Shown here: positions 28,923 to 39,150 of the stretch, one piece after another
Layout of the letters: the number at the start of each line of letters is the position of its first letter
How positions within the stretch are numbered: the stretch's first letter is position 1
Assembly: GCA_943788175.1 (NCBI GenBank)
Contig: CALSPG010000003.1
Span: 1-64,000 of the forward strand
Direction of reading: 5' to 3'
Origin: an uncultured bacterium
Lineage (GTDB): Bacteria > Fidelibacterota > Marinisomatia > Marinisomatales > UBA1611
Length of the DNA: 64,000 bases
The notes under the pieces: generated by a model
Seen by the model: the letters and a program-made list of their open reading frames with translations, nothing else
Databases searched by the model: none
What the model was told of the DNA's origin: nothing
Position numbers and translations under genes: made by a program

Positions 28923-31803
28923 ATGAAGATTTTAATTTTTTTAATAGCGATGTTTTTTGGACTCAATTGTGAAAAGCCTAGTCCCTTAGATGTTGAGGTC
29001 TACACGCTTGAAAATGGTTTAACAGTTATGTTAAACGAAGATCGGAATGAAACTAGTGTGTTTGGGGCTGTTGTCATTGATGGTGGGGGTAAACGTGATC
29101 CTTCTGATGCGACAGGCATTGCGCATTATTTAGAGCATGTATTATTTAAAGGTACATCAAAAATGGGCACAACTAATTATGCTAAAGAAAAAGTTTACCT
29201 TGATAGTATTGAAGTTTTATATGACGAGTTAAGTAAAAAGAAAGATAAAAAAACCCGTTTAAAAATCCAAAGACACATTAATGATTTGAGCGTAAAAGCT
29301 TCAGAGTATGCAATACCAAATGAGTTTACTAGGCTTATTGAAGGTATGGGAGGTACGGGCTTAAATGCGGGAACAGGGTATGATTTTATTTATTATTTTA
29401 ATTCATTTCCTAGTGCGCAAATAGAAAAGTGGGTAGACCTTTATAGTCATAGATTTTTAGATCCTGTATTTAGGTTGTTCCAATCTGAACTTGAAACTGT
29501 TTATGAAGAAAAAAATAGAGCTATGGATAATCCTTTTAGGGTTTTTAATGAAACATCTAGAAAATATTTTTTTAAAAATCATCCATACGGCCAGCAAACA
29601 ATCTTAGGTTCTGTTGAGCATCTAAAAACGCCTTCATTATCGAAAATGAAAGAATATTATAATAAATATTATGTGCCGAATAATATGCATTTACTGATCG
29701 CTGGTGACTTTGATAAGAGAGATGTTAAGAAGTTAATCAAAGCTAAGTTTGGCAAATTAAAAAAAGGTGCAGATGTAGAGCAATTAGATGTTCCTGAAGA
29801 TGATTTTAGTGGAAGAGAGGTTATTGATTTAGCAATAACTCCATATAGAGTGGCTAGATTTGGTTATCGAACCGTAAAACCTAATCACGAAGATGCTGTG
29901 GTCTTAGATTTGATTTCAAATATTTTTAGTAATTCTTCAAAAACAGGATTATTAAATAAATTAAACAACGAGAATAAAGTTCTTGGTTCTTATGCAACAA
30001 CGGGGCTTGGTGGTACCGATCATGGAGGCTTTGGCTTTGGCTTTGTTCCAAAAGATGATACTCAATCATTTGAAGATGGTGAAAATCTTATACTAAAAGA
30101 AATTGATAAAGTTAAATCTGGAGAATTCAGTGAAGATTTACTACAATCTATTAAATTAAATATGAGTATGGATCATGAGACAAGAATGGAAAGTGTAGAT
30201 GGTAGAACATGGCTAATTATGTCAACAATTCTTGACAATGTTCCTTGGGAGGAGATAAAAAACTATCCAAATAAAGTAAATAGCGTTACAAAGCAGAAAG
30301 TTGTGGAAGTAGCAAATAAATATTTTACAGATAATTATTTAATTGTTAGATCGGATAAGGGTGATAATAAAAAAGTCAAACTTGAAAAGCCACCATTCAA
30401 GCCAGTTGAACCTCAAAACTCTGAATCTAGTTCTGAGTACGCAGATATGTTGAACGATATTGAACCTAAAAAAATAGATCCTCGATTTGTTGATTTTAAG
30501 AAAGATGTTAAGGTAGAAACCATCGGGGATAATACTCATTTTTATTACGTGAAGAATCCTGTGAATTCTATCTTTTCTATGAATCTTCAGTTTGGTCAAG
30601 GAACAATTGAAAATGCGGCCTTATCTCAAAGTGCTGATTTTATTTCTCTCTTGGGGACAAAAAATAAAACTTTCGATCAATATAAAAATGAACTTCAAAA
30701 AATTGGGTCAAAAATTGAAGTTTATGCAAATGGTAACTATTTTGGATTTAGTATTAGTGGTTTTGATAAATTTTTTAATGAGACATTAGACCTGCTAAAT
30801 GAATTCATGTCAGAATATGCATGTTAGGATTGAGGATAATAGTAAGTTAGAAAAACTTGTTGAAAGTAGTAAGCTAACTAGGGATCAAGAATTTAAAGAT
30901 CCTTCAACTGCAGGTAGAGCTCTAAGAGATTATGTTATGTATGGAAAGAAATCACCTTTTCTAAGAAGATCTACGCTGAAAGAGGTGCAGAGTATGACCT
31001 CTAATTTTTTAATTGATCAAGCAAAAGAGGCTATGCAACACGAAGTTGATATCTTTTACACTGGTACAATTAATGAAGTCGCGGTTATAGATCAAATTAA
31101 AAATAGAGTGTCTATTTCAGAAAACCTTAAAGCTTCAAAATCACCGATAACGATGGATTATAAAAAACACACAAGGAACAAGGTTTTTTTAATTGATGAT
31201 CCTAAGGCTGTTCAAAGTCAAATCTATATAATGGGGCAGGGAAAGGTTCTGGATATGGAAAGTAGAAGCACTTCTGATGTGTTTAATAAGTATTTCGGTA
31301 GTGGAATGGCTAGTATAATTTTTCAAGAAATAAGAGAGTTTAGATCATTGGCTTATACTGCATATGGTGCATATGTGAATAGACCAGATATGGAATTACC
31401 GGGTTATTTTATAGGCTATATGGGAACTCAAGTAGATAAGTCCATGGAAGCAATTAGTACCTACATGGATTTATTTAAAAATATGCCAATCAAAGAAAAT
31501 CGTATTTCAACAATTAAATCTGGCTTAACACAGTCAATTAATACAAGGAAGCCAGGCTGGCGAAGTCAAGGTGCGTATGTTAGTAGAGCCATAAAACAGG
31601 GTTATGATAATGACCCTAACATCTTAGATTATAATAATTATGATAATGTAAACTTTGATGATATTATAAACTTTTACAAAAATAATATTACTAAGGACCC
31701 GATTGTGATTACGATTCTTACAGACAAATCAAAAATTAACATAGATAAAATATTAGATTATGGTGAGTTAATTGAAGTTAAGAAAAAGAATATTTTCAAT
31801 TGA
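28923..31803 (+). CDS. M16 family zinc peptidase (PqqL/pitrilysin-like, ~959 aa), probable lipoprotein; one apparent frameshift near 30815 (ORFs 28923-30827 and 30799-31803)
   Basis: TGIAHYLEH inverted zinc motif, LENGLTV, ELETVYEE; the second ORF carries EIREFRSLAY of the C-terminal M16 domain; FGLNC lipobox. Confidence 0.9.
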
Positions 31804-31838
31804 TATACAATCCAACAAATATATAAAGCGGGTTAGCT

Positions 31839-32285
31839 ATGGTAGATCAAACAGATTTAAAAATTTTAAAATTACTCCAAAATGACGGCAGAGAGACAGC
31901 CAGTAAAATTGCAGAAAAATTAAAGCTTACAGTTCCCACTATCACTGAAAGGATTAAAAAACTTCAAGAAGCATCAGTTCTAAAAGGATTTCAAGCAATT
32001 ATAGATGCAAAGTCAGTTTCATTAGATGTCTCAGCTGTTATTACAGTTGTAGCTTCTACATCTGCTAATTATAAAGTAGTAATTGAAAATGCTGTAGAAT
32101 GCCCTGAAGTTATTCAATGTTTTGCGACTACTGGCGTGGGTTCATTGCTTTTATGGGTAGCAACAAAAAACTCGCAATCTCTTGAAGCATTATTGAGAAA
32201 AATCCAAAGTTGGCCAGATATTACACGAACTGAAACTCAAATTATTTTATCATCTTACAAGGACTTACCAAAGCTACCTCTTTAG
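31839..32285 (+). CDS. Lrp/AsnC family transcriptional regulator (paralog 1)
   Basis: DQTDLKILKLLQNDGR HTH start, RIKKLQE, C-terminal RTETQIIL. Confidence 0.93.
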   Translation: MVDQTDLKILKLLQNDGRETASKIAEKLKLTVPTITERIKKLQEASVLKGFQAIIDAKSVSLDVSAVITVVASTSANYKVVIENAVECPEVIQCFATTGVGSLLLWVATKNSQSLEALLRKIQSWPDITRTETQIILSSYKDLPKLPL

Positions 32286-32413
32286 CGTTATTTATTTTAT
32301 TTAGTAAAAATTGTGTATTTCTTTATTTTATTAGATATAAAATATAAATACCTAATAAAGTATTTCATTTGTCAATAAATATTAATAATATAATATATTA
32401 ATATTTATTAAAA

Positions 32414-32875
32414 ATGAAAGTTGATAGCATAGATAAACAAATTTTAGCGATTTTACAACAAGATGGCAGAACATCTGCGAGTAATATTGCATCTGAGCTT
32501 AATGTATCAATTCCAACGGTAACAGATCGCATTAAGAAGTTGCAAGATTCACATATTATAAAAGGTATTCATGCTGTTTTAGACCCGAAACCCTTAGGAT
32601 TAGATGTTGCTGCAATAATTACACTTATTTCAGAATCTTCATCTCATTACAAAGAGGTTACAGAAGCAGCTGAAATGATGCCTGAGGTTTTACAATGCCT
32701 CTCAACAACAGGCAAGGGGTCTCACATGCTGTTTATCGTTACTCGTAATTCTTCGACATTGGAAGGATTATTAAAAACAATTCAAAGCTGGCCCGGAGTT
32801 ACTAGAACTGAGACTCAAATTATTTTGTCTGATTATAAAATGATTCAAAAAATAACAGATTTAACTACAATCTAA
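32414..32875 (+). CDS. Lrp/AsnC family transcriptional regulator (paralog 2)
   Basis: DSIDKQILAILQQDGR, RIKKLQD, GVTRTETQIIL. Confidence 0.93.
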   Translation: MKVDSIDKQILAILQQDGRTSASNIASELNVSIPTVTDRIKKLQDSHIIKGIHAVLDPKPLGLDVAAIITLISESSSHYKEVTEAAEMMPEVLQCLSTTGKGSHMLFIVTRNSSTLEGLLKTIQSWPGVTRTETQIILSDYKMIQKITDLTTI

Positions 32876-32893
32876 TTAAATAGGAGAAAAAAA

Positions 32894-33904
32894 GTGAGCA
32901 AAATTAAAGCAGAATATATTTGGATGGATGGGCATATGCCTACTCAAAAACTTAGATCAAAAACTAAAGTCCTAAATGGCCCTATTGATTCTATTTCTGA
33001 TCTTCCTATATGGGGTTTTGATGGCTCAAGTACCAACCAAGCAGTTGGGAATGATAGTGATTGTATGTTAAATCCAGTTTATATGGTTCCCGATTCTATA
33101 AGAGGAGGGGATGATATTCTAGTAATGTGTGAAGTTATGAATCCCGATGGGTCAGTTCATGCTTCTAATACACGTGCACACCTCAGGCATGTATCTGAAA
33201 AATTTTCTAATGAAGAATCATGGTTTGGAATTGAGCAAGAATATACACTTTTTGAAGGGCGTAATCCTCTTGGCTGGCCAGAAGGTGGTTATCCAGCACC
33301 TCAAGGACCTTTTTATTGTGGTGTTGGGGCTGATGAGGTTTTTGGACGTGAAATTGTTGAAGATCATATGCAGTTATGTCTTGATGCAGGGTTAGAACTT
33401 TCAGGTATTAATGCAGAAGTAATGCCTGGGCAATGGGAATACCAAATCGGGCCACTTGGTCCATTGGAAGCATCTGATCAAATGTGGATTTCTAGATGGC
33501 TATTATATAGAATTTCAGAAGAATATGGAGTAAGTGCAACTCTTCATCCAAAACCAGTTAAAGGCGACTGGAATGGAGCAGGAGCACATACAAATTTTAG
33601 TACAAAATCAATGCGTGAAGCTGGTGGTATAGATGTCATAAACGCTGCATGTGAAAAACTGAGTAAAAAACATGATGAGCATATTGAAGTATATGGAGCA
33701 CATAACGATGAGCGTTTGACAGGGTTGCACGAGACTTGTAGTATAAAAGAATTTAGATATGGTGTTAGTGATCGAGGAGCTTCAATCAGAATACCGATGC
33801 AAACTTCAAATGATGGATTTGGTTACTTAGAAGATAGAAGACCTTCAGCAAATATGGACCCGTATAAAGTTTGTGCAATTCTTATTGAAACGACCTGTAA
33901 TTAA
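32894..33904 (+). CDS. glnII: glutamine synthetase type II
   Basis: 336 aa; AEYIWMDG, LRSKTK, WGFDGSST, WFGIEQEY, PQGPFYCGVG, GINAEVMPGQWEYQIGP, DWNGAGAHTNFST, RLTGLHET, GYLEDRRPSANMDPY. RBS TAGGAG, GTG start. Confidence 0.95.
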   Translation: MSKIKAEYIWMDGHMPTQKLRSKTKVLNGPIDSISDLPIWGFDGSSTNQAVGNDSDCMLNPVYMVPDSIRGGDDILVMCEVMNPDGSVHASNTRAHLRHVSEKFSNEESWFGIEQEYTLFEGRNPLGWPEGGYPAPQGPFYCGVGADEVFGREIVEDHMQLCLDAGLELSGINAEVMPGQWEYQIGPLGPLEASDQMWISRWLLYRISEEYGVSATLHPKPVKGDWNGAGAHTNFSTKSMREAGGIDVINAACEKLSKKHDEHIEVYGAHNDERLTGLHETCSIKEFRYGVSDRGASIRIPMQTSNDGFGYLEDRRPSANMDPYKVCAILIETTCN

Positions 33905-33915
33905 TTAGCGTATTT

Positions 33916-33954
33916 TACTTTGGTTTTCTTCTTAATTGTAAGAAATCCAAAGTA
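33916..33954. terminator. probable bidirectional terminator between convergent glnII and aroQ
   Basis: TACTTTGG.TTTCTT...AAGAAA.CCAAAGTA inverted repeat in the convergent gap. Confidence 0.6.
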
Positions 33955-33966
33955 ATTATTTGTAAA

Positions 33967-34395
33967 TTAGCATTTTGAAAGCAAGTTTATAGCCTCAAGA
34001 TACCCCTCTTTACCTCTTCCTGAAATCTGCTTTATTGCCACTTCTTTAATTACAGATTTTTTTCTGAAGTCTTCTCTTGAATTTATATCACTCAAGTGCA
34101 CTTCTACAGTTGGAATATTAATAGCGGAAATAGCATCTCTAATCGCATAAGAGTAGTGAGTATATGCACCAGCATTTATAATTATTCCATTGAATTTTGA
34201 TTCAAAAGCCCAATGTAATTTGTTGATAATTTCACCCTCACTGTTTGATTGAAACCATTGAAGGTCATTTTTTAATGTATCAACTTGTTTTGTTACCCAT
34301 GAAATAATCTGTTCTAAACTTTCTTTACCATAAATCGTTGGTTCTCTTTTTCCAATTAGGTTGAGATTAGGACCATTTATTATTAAAAATTTCAT
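33967..34395 (-). CDS. aroQ: type II 3-dehydroquinate dehydratase
   Basis: NGPNLNLIGKREPTIYG, QSNSEG, INAGAYTHYS, EVHLSDINSREDFR. Confidence 0.96.
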   Translation of the reverse strand: MKFLIINGPNLNLIGKREPTIYGKESLEQIISWVTKQVDTLKNDLQWFQSNSEGEIINKLHWAFESKFNGIIINAGAYTHYSYAIRDAISAINIPTVEVHLSDINSREDFRKKSVIKEVAIKQISGRGKEGYLEAINLLSKC

Positions 34396-34396
34396 T

Positions 34397-35465
34397 TTAT
34401 AATAATTTAAAAGATTCTTTTAAGATGAGATTATCTACATTCTTGACTAATAGTTGCCTCACCAATTTTATTTAGAATAATAAACTTTAATTTCCCTTTG
34501 ACAAATTTTTTATCCCGTTTGATAAGGGATAATAATTCTTCGCTGTTTATTTTTTTTAATTTAGGGAGTGGAAGGGTCCGAATTAATTTTTCTAGAACGT
34601 TAAATTGCTTTTCATCTAACTTTTTAAGTTTAAAGGAAACATATCCTGCGCAGAGCATTCCAAATGCTACTGCTTCACCATGTCGTAATGTATTAAAACC
34701 AAATTTTAACTCTAGAGCATGACCGATGGTATGCCCAAAATTCAAAATTCCTCGAATTCCATTATCAAATTCATCTTTTGATACGATATCTGCTTTTAGC
34801 TTACAACAAATTTCAATAGCTTCTGAAAAAGGAAATGCTGGGATATCTTGAACCCAAAGTGAAATTTTTTCAAAAAACTCCTTATCTAAAATAGCACCAT
34901 ACTTTATTATCTCTCCTAGGCCAGAAATTACTTCCTCTTGTGAAAGGGTAGCTAAAAAATTTTGATCTATAAACACTCCTTTTGGTTGATATATTGCTCC
35001 AATTAAATTTTTACCCCTGTCTATATTAATTCCAGTTTTACCTCCAATTGATGAGTCAACCATTGATAATAGTGTTGTAGGAATTTGGAAATATTTAATA
35101 CCTCTCATAAAGCTGGAAGCAATAAAACCAGAAACATCACCAACGACTCCTCCACCCAATGAAAGGATACACGTTTTTCGATCACAACCTAAATCAATCA
35201 TTTGACTTATTGCTCTATTGTATTCGTTTATACTTTTTGCTGCTTCTCCATTTGGCAACGTAATATAAGAACAGTCAAATCCTGAACAGATTAGATTGCT
35301 TTTAAGATCATATCCGAATAGTTCCATCAATTTATATTGCGATATAATTATCCATTTTTGTCCATTATTATATTCGGATAATAACGATGGAAGGCTGTTT
35401 TTTATACCAGGTTCAATATTTATGTAATATGAACGATCTCTAAGATTAACTTTATACTTTTTCAA
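34397..35465 (-). CDS. aroB: 3-dehydroquinate synthase (ORF track ends 34431; a one-base shift near 34445 extends it to TAA 34397)
   Basis: GGGVVGD, PTTLLSMVDSSIGGKTGIN, LNFGHTIGHALE, HGEAV. The alternative frame gives NVDNLILKESFKLL*, ending 1 nt before the aroQ ATG. Confidence 0.95.
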
Positions 35466-35964
35466 CTTTTATATTTTTAATTATTGTTTTACAAATATCA
35501 TCTAACGATTTATTATCAGTAATGACTGTATCGTTTGCAGACTCAAAAAAAAGTAATTTTCTTTCTTCATAAATAGCTTTTAGCGATTTTTTAATATTTT
35601 TATAATCAATTAAAGGTCTATCCATATTGATATCATTTGATAATCTTTTTTTTAACGTTGATAATGATGATTTTAAATATATTGTATAACCTTTATTTTT
35701 TAAATAGTTTCTATTTTCTTTTGCTAAAATACTTCCACCTCCACAAGAAATAACACCATCACCGCGTATTTTTTTTAATGATTCTTTTTCAATTTGTCTA
35801 AAATATTGCTCGCCTTTTTTTTTAAAAATTTCATTTATTGAAATTCCTTCACTATCTACTAGCATACTATCAGTATCAAAAAATGGCATATCCATATATT
35901 TTGATAATCTTTCCCCAACTGATGATTTACCACTACCCATCATTCCTATCAAAAATATTTTCAT
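35452..35964 (-). CDS. aroK: shikimate kinase
   Basis: GMMGSGKS P-loop, DTD, GEQYFRQIE, SCGGG, RPL. Confidence 0.95.
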   Translation of the reverse strand: MKIFLIGMMGSGKSSVGERLSKYMDMPFFDTDSMLVDSEGISINEIFKKKGEQYFRQIEKESLKKIRGDGVISCGGGSILAKENRNYLKNKGYTIYLKSSLSTLKKRLSNDINMDRPLIDYKNIKKSLKAIYEERKLLFFESANDTVITDNKSLDDICKTIIKNIKVEKV

Positions 35965-37124
35965 TAATATTTAGCGGATGCTTTTAAATGAGCTCGTAAT
36001 TGTTTCATAGAATCGCCACCAAATTTTTCTAAAATTACATCAGCTAATACAATACACATCATGCTTTCGGCTATGATGGACGCAGCTGGAACAGCACAGG
36101 AATCAGTTCTTTCTTTGTGAGCATCTTTTTTTTCTTTTGTATGAATATCGATAGACCTTAATGATTTAATTAATGTAGGAATAGGTTTCATAGCAATTTT
36201 CGCAATTATTGGCATAGCATTACTCATTCCACCCTCAATTCCGCCAGCATTATTTGAGAAGCGTTTATAATTTTTACCATCCCATCCGATTTCATCATGA
36301 ATTTCACTTCCGAATTTTTCTCCTGAACTTAAACCTTGCCCAATTTCTATAGATTTAAAAGCATTAACACTCATCAACAGTGAAGTTATTTTTGATTGCA
36401 GTTTTCGATCCCATTGTGAGTAAGAACCCAAACCATAAGGTAGTCCTGTTGAAAAAACTTCAAAAACCCCACCGACTGAGTCACCATTTTGTTTTGCTTG
36501 ATCGATAATATCAATCATTTCACTTTCTTTGTTTTTATCTAAACATCTTAATGGAGAATTATCGGCTAAATCATTGATTGCATTTGCAGTCATGCTTTTG
36601 GGTATGTCTGATGTATCAGTAATATTGTGAATTTGAACCACTCTGCTTGCAACATTTATTCCTATCTCATTTAATAATTTTCTACATACAGATGCAAGCG
36701 CAACCCTCATCGTTGTTTCTCTAGCGCTTGATCTTTCTAAAACATTTCGTATGTCATCAAAACCAAATTTTTCAACACCTGCAAGATCAGCATGTCCAGG
36801 ACGAGGGAGTGTCACTTTTTTAGGTTTTTTTTCAGGCACTCCAATGGTCATTTTATCTTTCCAATTTTCCCAGTCCTTATTTCTAACTATCAAACCAATT
36901 GGTGATGCTATAGTTTCACCAAGTCTTATACCTGACCAGATTTCCACTTGATCTTTTTCAATTTTCATCCGTCCACCTCGACCATATCCCATCTGTCGCC
37001 TACCAAGCTGAATATCGATGTACTCTTTTTCGATTTTTAATCCAGCCGGAATTCCATCAAGTATGCCTAATAATCCTCTTCCATGGGATTCTCCAGCAGT
37101 TAAAAATTTTATTTTTGTAAGCAT
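35964..37124 (-). CDS. aroC: chorismate synthase
   Basis: TAGESHG, RPGHADL, ERSSARET, GDSVGG, NNAGGIEGG, MKPIPT. Confidence 0.97.
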   Translation of the reverse strand: MLTKIKFLTAGESHGRGLLGILDGIPAGLKIEKEYIDIQLGRRQMGYGRGGRMKIEKDQVEIWSGIRLGETIASPIGLIVRNKDWENWKDKMTIGVPEKKPKKVTLPRPGHADLAGVEKFGFDDIRNVLERSSARETTMRVALASVCRKLLNEIGINVASRVVQIHNITDTSDIPKSMTANAINDLADNSPLRCLDKNKESEMIDIIDQAKQNGDSVGGVFEVFSTGLPYGLGSYSQWDRKLQSKITSLLMSVNAFKSIEIGQGLSSGEKFGSEIHDEIGWDGKNYKRFSNNAGGIEGGMSNAMPIIAKIAMKPIPTLIKSLRSIDIHTKEKKDAHKERTDSCAVPAASIIAESMMCIVLADVILEKFGGDSMKQLRAHLKASAKY

Positions 37125-37903
37125 AAGTGTTTCTCTAAGGTAGTTTTAATTATTTTAAAATTAATATGTTCATCGACATTTTCACCAAGCCAAATATTTA
37201 AAGATGCAATTCCTTGAAAAATAAGCATATCAAGACCACTGATGGTTCGGGCTCCTAATTTTTCGCATTGTCTTAACCACTTAGTTTTTAGTGGGTTATA
37301 TATCGTATCAATAATAATATGGCTATCATTGACTTCTATTTTAGAAGGTATTTTATGTTCATATCGTCCCATTCCTAGCGGTGTGCAGTTTATGATAATT
37401 TTGGGATTAATATTTTTACAAGATATTCCTCTTTTTAAAATCCAATTCTCCAATTTAATTTTATTTTCAAGATTTCTATTTTCTACTGATATAGATTCAG
37501 CGTTTCCTTCAATGAGTGCAAAAGCAATGGCGTACGCTGCTCCACCAGCTCCAATAATTAAACACGACTTGTTTTCGATATCAACTTCGTTTTGTTTGAG
37601 AGCATGTAAAAAACCAATCCAATCAGTATTATAACCTTTACTATTGTAAACGCAGTTTACAGCTGTTATTTCTCGTGCATAAACATCAAGATATTTAAGA
37701 TCCTTTATAATAATATTTTTATGCGGGATAGTTACGTTGTATCCATCATAATTATTTGTGTTTACAAAATTTTTGATTTGATATGGGAAAACATTAATTT
37801 TTTCATAAGAAGCATCTATCTTAAGTTGTTTTATAATTGTTGTGTGAAGTAGTGGACTAATGGTTTGACTTACAGGGTTTCCAATTACTGCAAACTTCTT
37901 CAT
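37109..37903 (-). CDS. aroE: shikimate dehydrogenase
   Basis: GNPV..ISP, NVTIPHK, AVN, NTDWIG, GAGGAA, NCTPLGM, GLDMLIFQG. Confidence 0.95.
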   Translation of the reverse strand: MKKFAVIGNPVSQTISPLLHTTIIKQLKIDASYEKINVFPYQIKNFVNTNNYDGYNVTIPHKNIIIKDLKYLDVYAREITAVNCVYNSKGYNTDWIGFLHALKQNEVDIENKSCLIIGAGGAAYAIAFALIEGNAESISVENRNLENKIKLENWILKRGISCKNINPKIIINCTPLGMGRYEHKIPSKIEVNDSHIIIDTIYNPLKTKWLRQCEKLGARTISGLDMLIFQGIASLNIWLGENVDEHINFKIIKTTLEKHLCLQK

Positions 37904-39150
37904 TTTACTAGCATTTTTATTTTATTGAAAAAATCTGGAAATGATATATCTACGCAATCATAATTATCCAGTATTGTATTGCCTTCAGCAACCAGACCTG
38001 CAATAGTAAAAGCCATCGCAATTCTATGATCATTGAAAGTGTTTATATTGGCTCCTTTTAATTTTGTAGGCCCAGTTATTGTCAACCCGTCTTCAAACTC
38101 TTCAACACATGCGCCCATTTTTCGGAGATTAATCACTATTGCTTTAATTCTGTCTGATTCTTTTACTCGTAGTTCTCTTGCACCTTTTATCATTGTTTTT
38201 CCAATTGCCTGAGTTGCAATAACGGCAAGCATTGGTATTTCATCAATTATACTCGGTATCTTACTTTCTTTAATATGAATGCCAAGTAACTTTCGTTGTT
38301 TGATTGATATATCATTCACTAATTCGCCAGCTACATTTTTTCCATTTTTCAGATTTATATCTACTCCCATTGACTTAATTATATTAAAAAATTCAAATCT
38401 AGTGGGGTTTGATAATATTTTTTTTAATATTAAGGTTGATTTTGGCAATATTGATGCTGCTCCTGCAAAAAAAGCTGCGGATGATGGATCTCCAGGTATT
38501 TCAATATTAAGTGGTCTGAGAGCATGAATTGGAGGTATAAGACAAATACCATTATTTGCTTTCTTAATAGTTACGCCAACATTTTTCAGCATTATTTCTG
38601 TATGGTCTCTTGATAATATAGGTTCATGGTAGTAAGTAGGCTTAGTTGCGGTTAAACCTGAGAGTAAAATTGCAGATTTGACTTGCGCGCTTGAAATTTT
38701 ATTTTTGTATTTAAAACCAGTTAATACACTTTTTTTGATTATTATTGGTGCAAGACTATTAATGCTTTTTATATCGACACCTCTTTCAAAAAGGGGTTTG
38801 ATTATTCTCTCCATTGGTCTGTTTGAAAGAGATTTATCTCCTATTAAAGTAGCATTTATTCCTTTGCTTGCTAATAACCCGCAAAGCAACCGCATAGAAG
38901 TACCTGAATTACCACAGTCAAGCTCTTTTGAAGGGCTAGAAAATGTATCTCCTTTTATAAGTTTAACATTATTTAGACCATTTTTTATAGATATGCCACA
39001 AAGTTTTAGGCAATATTCTGTTGATTGAACATCTTTACCATCTGATAAGTTTTTTATAGTCGAAATTTGTGGTGAAAGTGATGCAACCATCAGTGCTCTG
39101 TGAGATATCGATTTGTCCCCAGGGAGATTGATTGAACCTGTAATAGTCAT
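37900..39150 (-). CDS. aroA: EPSP synthase
   Basis: PGDKSISHRAL, DCGNSGTSMRL, SSAQVKSA, RDHTE, PGDPSSAAF, ELRVKESDR, DHRIAM. Confidence 0.97.
   Translation of the reverse strand: MTITGSINLPGDKSISHRALMVASLSPQISTIKNLSDGKDVQSTEYCLKLCGISIKNGLNNVKLIKGDTFSSPSKELDCGNSGTSMRLLCGLLASKGINATLIGDKSLSNRPMERIIKPLFERGVDIKSINSLAPIIIKKSVLTGFKYKNKISSAQVKSAILLSGLTATKPTYYHEPILSRDHTEIMLKNVGVTIKKANNGICLIPPIHALRPLNIEIPGDPSSAAFFAGAASILPKSTLILKKILSNPTRFEFFNIIKSMGVDINLKNGKNVAGELVNDISIKQRKLLGIHIKESKIPSIIDEIPMLAVIATQAIGKTMIKGARELRVKESDRIKAIVINLRKMGACVEEFEDGLTITGPTKLKGANINTFNDHRIAMAFTIAGLVAEGNTILDNYDCVDISFPDFFNKIKMLVK

Noticed and set aside
28923-31803. M16 peptidase (and likewise the TonB receptor and giant gene) as pseudogenes
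   Set aside because: Catalytic and structural motifs are intact and I saw no in-frame nonsense substitutions; one-base repairs restore full length.
31839-32875. Lrp-like pair as siroheme decarboxylase AhbA/AhbB (NirDL)
   Set aside because: The HxYxR motif is absent, there are no heme genes nearby, and both look like standard HTH regulators.
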